Source: an uncultured Acidobacteriota bacterium (GTDB lineage: Bacteria; Acidobacteriota; Thermoanaerobaculia; Multivoradales; SZUA-115). Taken from it: a DNA stretch of 64,000 bases. The stretch is from the NCBI GenBank assembly GCA_963805975.1, contig CAWDVR010000002.1:1182781-1246780 (forward strand), in the 5' to 3' direction. Below, in pieces: positions 31,999 to 41,321 of this stretch. The notes below the pieces were generated by a model, which was not told where the DNA came from, did not search any database, and saw only the letters and a program-made list of their open reading frames with translations. Every line of letters begins with the position of its first letter. Position 1 is the first letter of the stretch. The position numbers and the translations under genes are program-made.

Positions 31999-34056
31999 AT
32001 GGACAACGCCAGAGCGCGCCTCGAGCGCTACGCCTTCATGCAGTTCGCCCGCGATTTCGACCTGCGCTTCGAGTACCTCCTCAAGACGGGCAAGGTCAGC
32101 AAGTGGTACAGCGAGGTGGGCAGCGAGGCCACCACCGTGCCCGCCGGCCTGGCGCTCGAGGCCGGCGACGCCCTCTGCACCCTGCACCGCGACCTGGGGG
32201 CCATCCTCGCCGTCTATCTCGATCCCGCACGCACCTTCCCCGGCCTGCGCCTCGGCGAGCCGGACGGACGGCGCCCCGACCCCGAGGAGCTGCTCTACCG
32301 GCTCGCCTGCCAGCTCGTGGGCAAGGCGGACGGCTTCTCGCAGGGCGTCGAGCGCTCGTTCCACTACGGCTACCTCGACCCGGCGGCGGGCATCACCCAC
32401 GTCGGCATGATCAGCCACCTGGGCTCGATGATCCCGGTGGCCGCCGGCTGCGCCTTCGCGCTCCAGCAGAAGGGCAGCGACCGCGTGGCGATCAACTTCA
32501 TCGGCGACGGCGGCACCTCGACCGGCGACTTCCACGAGGGCCTCAACATGGCCGCGGTGTGGAAGCTGCCGCTCATCCTGGTGATCGAGAACAACCGCTA
32601 CGCCTTCTCCACCCCCACCGCGCTCCAGTTCGCCTGCCAGTCGCTGGCGGACCGCGGCGTGGGCTACGGTGTCGCGGCCGAGAGTGTCGACGGCAACGAT
32701 CCGGACGCCATGGCCGCCTGCTTCGAGCGCGCCGTGGCCCGCGCCCGCGCCGGTCTCGGCCCCACCCTGATCGAGGCCATGCTCGGCCGCATGCGCGGCC
32801 ACAGCGAAGGCGACGACTCGCTCAAGGTGGTGCCGGAGGAGGAGCTCTCCGTCTACCGGGCGGCCGACCCGGTGCCGGCCTACGCCCAGCGGCTGATCGA
32901 CGAAGGGGTGCTCACCCTCGAGATGCAGGAGCGCCTGCGCGAGCGGATCAAGAGCCTGACCATGGCCGCCATCGACCGCGCGCTCGACGCCGCGCCGCCC
33001 GCCAAGGAGACTGCGCACCGCCCCGTGTTCGCGCCCTCGCCCAAGCCCATGGCGCCCGCCGTGCAGACCTCGAAGAGCGGCGAGGGCGAGCCGATCTTCT
33101 ACGTGGAGGCCATCCACCAGGCGCTACGGGAGGAGATGGAGCGCGACGAGTCCGTGGTGCTCCTGGGCCAGGACATCGGCGTCTTCGAAGGCGCCTTCCG
33201 CATCACCCGCGGCCTCCACCAGCGCTGGCCCCGGCGCGTGCTCGACACCCCGATCGCCGAGAGCGGCACCATGGGCATCGCGGCCGGCGCCGCCATCCTG
33301 GGCTACCGGCCGGTGGTCGAGATGCAGTTCGGCGACTTCGTCTCCTGCGGCTTCAACCAGATCGTCAACGTCATCGCCAAGCTCTACTACCGCTGGCAGA
33401 TCCCCTGCCCGGTGGTGGTGCGGCTGCCGGCCGGCGGCGGCGTCAACGCCGGCCCCTTCCACTCGCAGAACCCCGAAGGCTGGTTCGCCCACACCGCGGG
33501 CCTGAAGGTGGTCTGCCCGGCCACGGCACGCGACGCCAAGGGCCTGCTCAAGGCCGCCATCCGCGACGGCAACCCGGTGATCTTCTGCGAGCACAAGTTC
33601 CTCTACCGCCGGATCAAAGAGGTGATGCCGGAGGGCGATTTCGTGGAGACGCTGGGCGAGGCCAGGGTGTTGCGGCCGGGAAGGCACCTGACCTTGGTCG
33701 GCTACGGCGCCTCGACCCACACCTGCCTGGCGGCGGCCGAGGATCTGGCCAATGAAGGAGTGGAGGCCGAGGTGATCGACCTTCGGACCCTGGTGCCCTT
33801 CGACGAGGAGACCGTGCTCGCCTCGGTGCGCAAGACGGGGCGCGCCGTGGTCGTCCACGAGGCGCAGGGCACCGCCGGCTTCGGCGCCGAGGTGGCGGCG
33901 CGCATCGCCGACCAGGCCTTCGCCTGGCTCGACGCCCCGGTGCGCCGCGTCACCTACCCGGACTCTCCCGTGCCCTGGGCCAAAGTGCTCGAGCAGCAGC
34001 TCTTGCCGAGCAAAGAAAAAGTCCTGACCGCAGCGCGGGCGGTGGCGGGGTACTGA
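31999..34056 (+). CDS. 2-oxoacid dehydrogenase E1, fused alpha+beta subunits
   Basis: TPP motif GDGGTSTGDFHEGLN...ENN; RGHSEGD; beta part LDTPIAESG, EMQFGDF, FHSQNPE, VIDLRTLVP. Confidence 0.93.
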   Translation: MDNARARLERYAFMQFARDFDLRFEYLLKTGKVSKWYSEVGSEATTVPAGLALEAGDALCTLHRDLGAILAVYLDPARTFPGLRLGEPDGRRPDPEELLYRLACQLVGKADGFSQGVERSFHYGYLDPAAGITHVGMISHLGSMIPVAAGCAFALQQKGSDRVAINFIGDGGTSTGDFHEGLNMAAVWKLPLILVIENNRYAFSTPTALQFACQSLADRGVGYGVAAESVDGNDPDAMAACFERAVARARAGLGPTLIEAMLGRMRGHSEGDDSLKVVPEEELSVYRAADPVPAYAQRLIDEGVLTLEMQERLRERIKSLTMAAIDRALDAAPPAKETAHRPVFAPSPKPMAPAVQTSKSGEGEPIFYVEAIHQALREEMERDESVVLLGQDIGVFEGAFRITRGLHQRWPRRVLDTPIAESGTMGIAAGAAILGYRPVVEMQFGDFVSCGFNQIVNVIAKLYYRWQIPCPVVVRLPAGGGVNAGPFHSQNPEGWFAHTAGLKVVCPATARDAKGLLKAAIRDGNPVIFCEHKFLYRRIKEVMPEGDFVETLGEARVLRPGRHLTLVGYGASTHTCLAAAEDLANEGVEAEVIDLRTLVPFDEETVLASVRKTGRAVVVHEAQGTAGFGAEVAARIADQAFAWLDAPVRRVTYPDSPVPWAKVLEQQLLPSKEKVLTAARAVAGY

Positions 34057-34060
34057 AGGG

Positions 34061-34822
34061 TCAGACGCTGCGGCTCCCGAGCTTCCGTCCTAGCCACGAG
34101 CTGCCTCGGCCGGCCAGGCGCCGCACCGGGCGCCATGCCGAGTCCAGCGCGAGCCGCCAGGCCGGCGGAGGGGAAAGGCGCTCCACGAACGCACGCAGCT
34201 CGGCCTCCTGTGCCACCACGCCGTGAAGCTCGACCTCTTCGAAGGTGAAGCTCCCGGCCCACCACATCCACGCCAAGGAGCTCTCGGGGGTCAGCCGCCG
34301 CCGATAGCTGGCAGGCAGCGCCAGGCGCCAATCGGCGTGGATCATGTGGTATTTCTGCAGGAACCGGATGCGCTGACCTTCGATCTCGATGAGCCACCGG
34401 TGGTGCGAGAGGCCCGCCTGCCGGGGCCGCTCGACACCTCGGCACGACTCGAAGACGCGCGAAGGCACCTCGATGTAGCCCGCCTTCGCGACGCGGATCA
34501 GCTCTGAGCACACCCAGAGCGGGTCTCGCAAGTCCTCGAGCGTCTGCGAGCAGACTGCGAAGTCCATCTGCCGGTCCGCGAAGGGCCACGGCTCACGGGC
34601 GCAGATGTCGCGCACGATCCACCGCTCGCGCGAGAACCACTCCTCCTCGGGGCCTTGCGAGGCCGGCCCGCCGAAGGTGCGGTAGAACCCGCGGCTCTCG
34701 TAGGGCTGCGCGTCGAGCACCCACTGCGCGCGGTTGAACGGACACGCCCACCCACCGACGTCGAGAACAACATCGGACGGCGCCAGCCGCGCCAGCAGCT
34801 CATGGACATTTCGTTCGAGCAC
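34061..34822 (-). CDS. Class I SAM-dependent methyltransferase domain protein
   Basis: VLDVGG, WPFADRQMDFAVCSQTLEDLRDP, GYIEVPS. Confidence 0.8.
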   Translation of the reverse strand: MLERNVHELLARLAPSDVVLDVGGWACPFNRAQWVLDAQPYESRGFYRTFGGPASQGPEEEWFSRERWIVRDICAREPWPFADRQMDFAVCSQTLEDLRDPLWVCSELIRVAKAGYIEVPSRVFESCRGVERPRQAGLSHHRWLIEIEGQRIRFLQKYHMIHADWRLALPASYRRRLTPESSLAWMWWAGSFTFEEVELHGVVAQEAELRAFVERLSPPPAWRLALDSAWRPVRRLAGRGSSWLGRKLGSRSV

Positions 34823-35026
34823 TTTCGGTCCGAGCGGCGCCGCCCCGCTCGCCTTCTTCGTGAAGATTCCAACTCCTTAGCCTGCCATCAGTTGGTGGAA
34901 TTCTAGACCAGGCTCTGGGGGAATCCGACAACTTCTCCGGATCCTACGAAGGCAACGCTCACTCGCGAGTTAGACTCTCTGAGAATTGGCTCTCCGTGTG
35001 CTTGGTTTAAAGGGAGGCCCACCGAG

Positions 35027-35233
35027 ATGAACGATGAATTGATCTTCCTCGTCGAGGAGGCGCCCGAGGGGGGCTACACGGCTCGTGCCTTGGGCCATTC
35101 CATCTTCTCCGAGGCGGATGACCTGCACCGGCTCCACGAGCAAATCCGAGATGCCGTCCGCTGCCATTTCGACAGCGCGGCTCCCAGAATCATCCGGCTG
35201 CACCACGTTCGGGACGAGATCCTGATCGCATGA
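35027..35233 (+). CDS. Short HicB-like antitoxin
   Basis: ELIFLVEEAPEGGYTARALGHSIFSEADDL...IRDAVRCHF; ATGA overlap with a hicA relic. Confidence 0.8.
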   Translation: MNDELIFLVEEAPEGGYTARALGHSIFSEADDLHRLHEQIRDAVRCHFDSAAPRIIRLHHVRDEILIA

Positions 35234-35319
35234 AGTTGCCACGAGACCTCACGGGTCTCGACTTGGCCCACTTCGGAAAGAGCCGCGGGGAAATCGAGAC
35301 GGTGCTCTTTTCCCAGTAG
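35230..35319 (+). pseudogene. hicA: HicA toxin with in-frame internal deletion
   Basis: MKLPRDLTGLDLA joined directly to HFGKSRGEIETVLFSQ*; the GSH core is absent. Confidence 0.7.
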
Positions 35320-35332
35320 TCGGGGGCCCCGC

Positions 35333-37007
35333 TCACCGCTCCACCGCCAGACACGGCAGGCTGTCTGCCGGGTTGCAGATGCGGCCCTCGATCTCGGGAG
35401 CGATGCCTTGCTCTCCCGCCTTCTCGAGCGCGGCACGCACCAGGTCGATGAGCTCGCCGCCCTCGGCCACGACCGCGAGCGGCTCGAAGGTGTAGCCGTC
35501 GCGGTTGCCGATCTCCGGGTTGACGAGAAACTCCGTGGTCACCGCCAGGATCTCTTCGTCCGGCTGCACCGGCCGCGCGCCTCCGGGTGCGAGAAGCGTC
35601 AGGTCGAAGGGCGGCGCGTCGTCGTTGTCGTAGCGGAAGGCCAGCCCCGAGACCTGCAACCACCAGCCCTTGCCCGGCCACTGCTCCACCGAGTGCCGCA
35701 CGATGTCGGCCAGCGCCGAGCCCTTGATCCTGACCAGCCGCAGCCTGGTCGAGAACCCGAACAGCTCTTCGAGATCGCGGGCCCGGATGTCCGCGCCGAC
35801 GGCGATGTCGTGGTTGAGCCGCAGGGAGCCGGAGTTGACGAACGCCACCTGGGCGCCGTGGTCCCGGAAGGCCGCGAGCATCTGGTCGGCGAGCCAGCTT
35901 CCGAGGTTGGTCTCATAGGCACGGATCATCGTCTCCTCGCCCTGGAGCTCGGTGCGCGTCTTGCCCACCTTCTCCTGGAGGCAGGCCGGGGGCTCGCCGG
36001 CCCTGGGCGCAGAACTTCTGCTCGTGGAGGGCCAGCCAGTGGCGGGCCACGCACTCGAGCGCCGGGTCGGGCGGCGGCTCCGTTCCGCCCAGCGGCCGGT
36101 GCTCGGGCTCGCCCACCCGCACCTTGCCGGAGACGTCGGCGGTGATGCGCACCACGCAGGCGCTCGCGGCGTCGGCGTCGGCCTTGCAAACCCAGCGCTC
36201 GCCGACCGACTCGAGCTGGATGGTGTGCTCGTGGCCGCCCAGGATCAGGTCCGGGCCCTCGTCGCCCAGCGTGCGGAGGATCGAGGTGTCCTGGTCCAGA
36301 TCGAGGTGGGTGAGCCCCACCACCACCTCGGCGCCCTCGGCCCGCAGCTCGGCCGTCAGGCGACGCGCGGCCGCCGTGAAATCGCCGATCGTCGCGTAGG
36401 CGGGGACCGTGGTGTCGATCGTCAGCCCGAAGAGGCCCACCTTGATGCCGCCGCTCTCGACGATTTTCCTGGGCACGAGGTTCGAGCCCGCGACCAGCGG
36501 CCGGCCGTCGGCGCCCGGCACGAAGCTCACGTTGCCGGCGAGCCAGGTGAAGTGCGACTCGGCGACCCGCGCCTCGACGATGGCGGCGTCGGCCAGCTTG
36601 CCGCGGTCGAACTCGTGGTTGCCGAAGGTGACGAAGAACCGCGGATCGAAGGCGTTGGCCTTGCCGTCCAAGAGATTGAGGCCGTCCACCATCTGCTCGC
36701 CCTGGTAGAGCCGGGAGAGGAGCGAGGGGAAGAACAGGTCGCCGGCGTGGAGCACCAGCAGGTCGGGATGGGTCTTCTCGAGCTCCCGGCGCAGGGAGCG
36801 CACGCGCGGGAAGCCGCCGCGCGCGCCGTCGTCCAGGCCCTCCACGCGGTAGGTGTCGTTGATCGACAGGATCAGCGCCTCGCGCGCCGGCCGGCCGCCG
36901 TCCGAGCCCGGCGAAGCGGCCGCCGGGGACGTGCTCCGGCAGCCAGGAGCGAGGGCGAGGGCTGCGAGGAAAGGGACGAGACGCCGCGTGGGGATCGAAA
37001 GAGACAT
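35333..37007 (-). CDS. Bifunctional metallophosphatase/5'-nucleotidase lipoprotein; apparent +1 frameshift near 36002
   Basis: SINDTY, HAGD, FGNHEFD, GLTHL, GGHEH; ETNLGSWLAD, NSGSLR, LQVSG; lipobox APGC. Confidence 0.88.
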
Positions 37008-37051
37008 GGCCACCTCCGAGGGGAAGGTGGCCAGTCTAGCGGAGGCTGCGG

Positions 37052-37813
37052 CTAGCGGTTGTCGCGCGCCGCCAGCTCGAGCTTCTTCTGCAGGTCGGCC
37101 AGCCGCTTTTCGAGATCGGCGAGGCGCCGCTCGAGATCCTCGGTGGAGCGGCCGGCGCGCTCCGCGATGAGGCCCCAGTCGACGGCCTTGAGCGAGTCGC
37201 CGAGGTTGACGAAGGTGTCCGACGGCACCCTCTTGAGGAGCTCGCCATGCATCTTGGGCGTCCAGGCCATCTCCGGGCCATCCCCGTCCGTCTTCCACTG
37301 GAACATCTGGCCCAGGTCCACCTGCGAGCGCTCGCGCTCCTCGATGGTCGCGGTCAAGGTCTGCGTGCGGCCGTCGCGGATGATGTCGAGCCGCGCCTCG
37401 TCGCCCGCTTCGAGCTTGCGGATCTCGGCCATGACGTCGCCGGCGGAGGCGACGTTCTCGCCGTTGATGGCGACGATCACGTCTCCCACCTCGAGGCCGG
37501 CCTTCTCGGCCGGGGTGCCGGAGGCGACTTGGCCCACCAGCACGCCGGCATCCTCGGGAGCGCCGAAGTGGGTACGCAGCTCGGGCGTCAGCCAGGTGGT
37601 GACGATGCCGAGATAGCCGCGGCCGGCGGTCCACAGCAAGCCGTTCGGGCCGTGCGGACCGTGGCCCCGCTCGGCCACGAACACGCGGCGGTCCCGCACG
37701 CGCTCGCGCTCGCCGGCGGGCTTGGGAGTGGTATCGCCGGCGAAAGCCGCCGGCGCGAGGAGTGCCGCCGTGAGCAGGGCGGCGATGCTGGAAGAGTGGC
37801 TGGGCAGCTTCAT
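37052..37813 (-). CDS. Secreted PDZ-domain protein without a protease domain
   Basis: Signal peptide; GYLGI...GVLVGQVASGTPAEKAGLEVGDVIVAING; C-terminal coiled coil. Confidence 0.85.
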   Translation of the reverse strand: MKLPSHSSSIAALLTAALLAPAAFAGDTTPKPAGERERVRDRRVFVAERGHGPHGPNGLLWTAGRGYLGIVTTWLTPELRTHFGAPEDAGVLVGQVASGTPAEKAGLEVGDVIVAINGENVASAGDVMAEIRKLEAGDEARLDIIRDGRTQTLTATIEERERSQVDLGQMFQWKTDGDGPEMAWTPKMHGELLKRVPSDTFVNLGDSLKAVDWGLIAERAGRSTEDLERRLADLEKRLADLQKKLELAARDNR

Positions 37814-37858
37814 GGTCGGATCTCCGGGTCGATGGGCTTGGGGTTCGGTCGTCGAGGT

Positions 37859-38287
37859 TCAGTACTTCGGGCGCGCCGTGAGGCTTCCGCGCTCGAAACG
37901 GGCGGGCACGACCTCGTGGGCGCGGCGCTGCGCGAGGCGGGCCAGGTCCACCACCACGTCCGTGGCTTCGTCGCCGCCCAGGTACACCACCGGCGCCACG
38001 CCGGCAGCCTGCTCACGGATCGCTTCCAGCTCGGCGGCGAGCGCCTGCTGCTCGCGCTGGAGCTCGCCGAGCCGCTCCCGGCGCTCGCGGTCGAGCGCCT
38101 GCTCGCGCCACAGCCAGCCGGTGGCGAGCAGCGCCGAGAGAGCTGCCGCCAGGGCGAAAGGGCGGGCGAGCGCCGGGCGGCGGCGAGGGGGCTCGTGGAG
38201 GCGCCCCGCCAGCCGCTGGTTGAAGCCGTCGCTGGCGCGCTCCCGCGGCAGGGAACGCAGGGCTTCGCGAAGAGGATCGTGATTCAT
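37859..38287 (-). CDS. Putative anti-sigma membrane protein
   Basis: ATGA overlap with the sigma gene; LRSLPRERASDGF, single TM, coiled coil. Confidence 0.7.
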   Translation of the reverse strand: MNHDPLREALRSLPRERASDGFNQRLAGRLHEPPRRRPALARPFALAAALSALLATGWLWREQALDRERRERLGELQREQQALAAELEAIREQAAGVAPVVYLGGDEATDVVVDLARLAQRRAHEVVPARFERGSLTARPKY

Positions 38288-38940
38288 CTCGAGGCTCCGT
38301 TGCGCGAGCTTGTGGGATTCCAGTAAGGCTCCAGGGCCTGCTGCAGGCGCCGCCGGCCGCGGAAGAGGCGCGACTTGACCGTGCCCTCGCGGCAGCCCAG
38401 GGTCTGGGCCACCTGGGCGAGCGGCCAGCCTTCGATCTCGGCCAGCACCAGCGGCGCCCGCCATTCGATCGGCAAGGCGGCCAGCTCGGCCGTGAGCCGC
38501 TGCCGCGCCTCGTCGGCCAGCAGGCGTTCTGGAGCGTCCGGCTCCGCCGTGCGGGCGCTCCGCGCGAAGAGCGGGCCGCCCAGGGCGAGGGCGCCGGCCA
38601 GCAGGCGCCAGCGCCGCGCGCGCCGCTCCTCGTCGCGCAGGAGGTTGGTGGCGATGCGGAAGAGGAAGGCGGTGAACTGCCCGCGCTCGCGGTAGCCGGG
38701 CGCGCGGCGGAAGAGCCGCAGGAACGCTTCCTGGGCCAGGTCCTCGGCGCGGTCGCGGCAACCGGTCAGGCGGGCGAGGTAGGCCACCAGCCCGTCCTTG
38801 TGCCGCTCGACCAGCTCGCCGAAGGCCTCGCGGTCGCCGGCAGCGAAGCGCGTCATCAAATCGGCGTCCGTGTTGTCGAACGCCACCTCGCTCGTCGCGA
38901 GCGCACCCGCCAAGGCCGAGCTGCTGGTCGTTGAGATCAC
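38284..38940 (-). CDS. ECF RNA polymerase sigma factor
   Basis: GDREAFGELVERH, AEDLAQEAFLR, LFRIATN, GTVKSRLFRGR; GGAGG RBS and GTG start. Confidence 0.93.
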   Translation of the reverse strand: MISTTSSSALAGALATSEVAFDNTDADLMTRFAAGDREAFGELVERHKDGLVAYLARLTGCRDRAEDLAQEAFLRLFRRAPGYRERGQFTAFLFRIATNLLRDEERRARRWRLLAGALALGGPLFARSARTAEPDAPERLLADEARQRLTAELAALPIEWRAPLVLAEIEGWPLAQVAQTLGCREGTVKSRLFRGRRRLQQALEPYWNPTSSRNGASR

Positions 38941-38965
38941 CGCTGTTTCGCGCCTCCAGCCAGCA

Positions 38966-38992
38966 TAACGCCCGGAGGAGGGGAAGGTTCCC
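38966..38992 (-). promoter_or_regulatory. ECF-type promoter (GGAAC-N16-CGTT) upstream of the sigma gene
   Basis: Minus strand GGAAC CTTCCCCTCCTCCGGG CGTTA, about 25 bp before the start codon. Confidence 0.75.
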
Positions 38993-39027
38993 GAGGGGAG
39001 GGCGGCGCCCGCGATAGAGTCATCGCC

Positions 39028-39991
39028 ATGAGCACCCGAAAGGCCCGGCTCCTCGCCACGGCGATCCGCGCTCTGGCGTCTCTCGCGCTGGCGGCGCCGG
39101 TGCTCGCGGCCGAGCCTCGGCTCCCCTTCCCGCAGCACGTCGAATACGCACCCGGCTCGCTTCGCCCGAGCCTGCGGACCCAGGAGCAGCAGGACGCGGA
39201 CGTGCTGGCCGCCTACCAGAGCTGGAAGTCGCGCTATCTGATGCAGATGGGCACCGAGCTCGACGGACACCCACGCTACCGGGTGAAGACCAGTACGGCG
39301 GCGAGCGCCGACACGGTGTCCGAGGGCCAGGGCTACGGCATGCTGATCGCGGTGCACCTGGCCGGAGCCGACCCAGCCGCGCAGACCATTTTCGATGGCC
39401 TGTGGGAGCTCTCCCTCGACCACCCGAGCTCGATCGACCCCCGCCTGATGGACTGGCACGTGAAGGCCGACGAGAGCCCGGCCTGCTGCCGGACTTCGTG
39501 GTGCCGGTGTCCGTCCAGGACCACCGGCCGCGGCCGGCGCCGGCAGGTTTCCTCGAAGGCCCCGACGACGGCCACTACTACTACAACGCCGGGCGCGAGC
39601 CGTGGCGCCTGGGCACGGACGCCGTGATCTCCGGCGACGCCACCTCGAGCGCCCAGGCGCGCAAGATCGCGCAGTGGGTGCGCGGCGCAACCGGCGGCGA
39701 CCCGCAGGCCATCGCCGGCGGCTACCGGCTCGACGGCACGCCGATCGGCGCCTTCTTCACCAGCTTCTTGCGGCGCCCCTGGGCGTAGCCACCATGGTGG
39801 ACCCGGCCGGCCAAGCCTTCCTGGACGCGGTGTATGACGCGGTCCGCAGCCGGGTCGAGGGCTACTACGAGGACTCGGTCACCCTGCTCTGCCTGCTGGT
39901 GATGACCGGCAACTTCCTGGACCCGGGCACGCTCTTCGCCGACGGCTTCGAGAGCGGAGACACCTCGGGGTGGTCCCTCGCCGTGCCCTGA
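39028..39991 (+). pseudogene. GH8 glycoside hydrolase with apparent large internal deletion and frameshifts
   Basis: Signal peptide; TVSEGQGYGML, LMDWHV joined to GLLPDFVV, YYYNAGREPWRLGTD, YYEDSVTLL; C-terminal FADGFESGDTSGWS. Confidence 0.75.
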
Positions 39992-40004
39992 GGTCTCGCG
40001 CCCC

Positions 40005-40364
40005 TCAGCGGGCCAGTTGCACCAGGGCCAGCGCCACGGCTCCCGGCAGCGCCTGCACCCAGAGGATGGAGCGGTTCGCGGTGAGGCCGCCGACGATGCC
40101 GGCCACCACCACGAAGCCCAGGAAGAACAGCAGCACGGGCCGGCCGGCCGCGCCCAGGTAGAGGCCCCAGAAGAGGCCGGCGGCGACGAAGCCGTTGTAG
40201 AGCCCCTGGTTCATGGCCAGCGGCTTCGACATCTGCGCCTGCTCCGGCTTGAGCCGGAACACCTTCCGGCCCAGCGGCTTGTCCCAGAAGTACATCTCCA
40301 GGACCATGAACCAGACGTGGAGCAGGGCCACGATGGCAACGGCGACGGTTGCGGCGGTGGTCAT
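40005..40364 (-). CDS. DUF1304-family membrane protein
   Basis: LHVWFMVLEMYFW, LAMNQGLYNGFVAAGL, VQALP. Confidence 0.9.
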   Translation of the reverse strand: MTTAATVAVAIVALLHVWFMVLEMYFWDKPLGRKVFRLKPEQAQMSKPLAMNQGLYNGFVAAGLFWGLYLGAAGRPVLLFFLGFVVVAGIVGGLTANRSILWVQALPGAVALALVQLAR

Positions 40365-40518
40365 GGCGGACGGGCCTCCGGATCCCGGTTCTGCGCTTCT
40401 CGAATCAGCTTTTCCAGCCAGGGTAGCACGCGAGCTGAAGCCAGGGCGGGCGTTGAGACCATCAATCTATCCATTCGGATATAGCTCTGTGCTACCTTTC
40501 TCCAAGGAGGAACATCCA

Positions 40519-41211
40519 ATGATGAAGGAGTACCCGTCTCGGCAGGGCCGTGTCGTAACCCGTTCGCTCGTCGCGCTGCTGGCTCTCGCCGCCCTGTTGG
40601 GCGCCGGCGAGGCCCATGCGCAGGTGATCTCGATCGCCGCCGCCCGCAGCCTGCCGGCGGGTACGGTGGTGACCATCCAGGGCGCCGTCTCCGTGCCTTC
40701 GGGCCGCTACAGTGCCTCGACGTTCGACCAGGGCTTCGGCCTGCAGGACTTCACCGGCGGCGTGTACGTCAGCTCGGCGTTCAGCTCCGGCCTGACGCTC
40801 TGGGAGCGGGCACGCGTCACCGGCGTGGTGGGGGACGACGGCTTCGGCGTCCTGGTCGTGCGGCCGGCGAGTTCCGCGAACGTGGTGCGGCTGCCGGGGC
40901 TGTTCCCGGTGCTGGCGAACCCGGCGGCGACCGGGGCGGTGGGAGAGGCGACCGAGGGTCGGCTGCTGCGCGTGGAAGGAGTCGTGACCCAGCCGGTCAT
41001 CAACGACCTGCCGTACGGCTACAAGGTCTTCATCGACGACGGTTCGGGCGAGGTGCAGATCTTCATCCCGGCCTCGACCGGCATCAATCCCTTCGCGCTG
41101 CCCTACGTCCAGCCCGGGAAGCGCATCCGCGCGGTGGGCCAGAGCGCCCAGTTCCTGGCCGAGATCGAGGTTCTGCCGCGCTTCGGGTTCGACCTCCTGC
41201 CGGCGTTCTGA
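40519..41211 (+). CDS. Secreted tandem OB-fold protein
   Basis: AAGGAGG RBS; signal peptide ending AHA; ISIAAAR..GTVVTIQG, QDFTGGVYV, EGRLLRVEG, IDDGSGEVQIF. Confidence 0.75.
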   Translation: MMKEYPSRQGRVVTRSLVALLALAALLGAGEAHAQVISIAAARSLPAGTVVTIQGAVSVPSGRYSASTFDQGFGLQDFTGGVYVSSAFSSGLTLWERARVTGVVGDDGFGVLVVRPASSANVVRLPGLFPVLANPAATGAVGEATEGRLLRVEGVVTQPVINDLPYGYKVFIDDGSGEVQIFIPASTGINPFALPYVQPGKRIRAVGQSAQFLAEIEVLPRFGFDLLPAF

Positions 41212-41266
41212 GCCGAGCTCCGCCTAGCCCCTCCCCCGCCTCCCGCGCTCGCTCGAGCCGGGAGGC
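41212..41266. repeat. Left copy of about 55-bp direct repeat (duplicate of MFS gene 3' end)
   Basis: GCCGAGCTCCGCCTAGCCCCTCCCCCGCCTCCCGCGCTCGCTCGAGCCGGGAGGC matches 41990-42043 with 2 mismatches and 1 indel. Confidence 0.9.
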
Positions 41267-41282
41267 TTGCCATATCGCAGAC

Positions 41283-41300
41283 GTACATCCGGGATATACT
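41283..41300 (+). promoter_or_regulatory. vapBC operator palindrome overlapping the -10 box
   Basis: GTACATCC-G-GGATATAC imperfect inverted repeat; TATACT at 41295-41300. Confidence 0.6.
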
Positions 41301-41321
41301 CGCTGGTCGAGGAGGCCCCGG

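Noticed and set aside
35027-35233. Small ORF as a 2-oxoacid dehydrogenase subunit, given proximity to E1 and a common database label for this family
   Set aside because: Only 68 aa, has a HicB-like pattern and overlaps a hicA relic; the proximity to E1 appears coincidental.
34830-35340. Short similarity GCCCCGCTC(G/A)CC on both sides of the hicB/hicA relic as a target duplication
   Set aside because: Only about 12 bp and GC-rich; could easily arise by chance.
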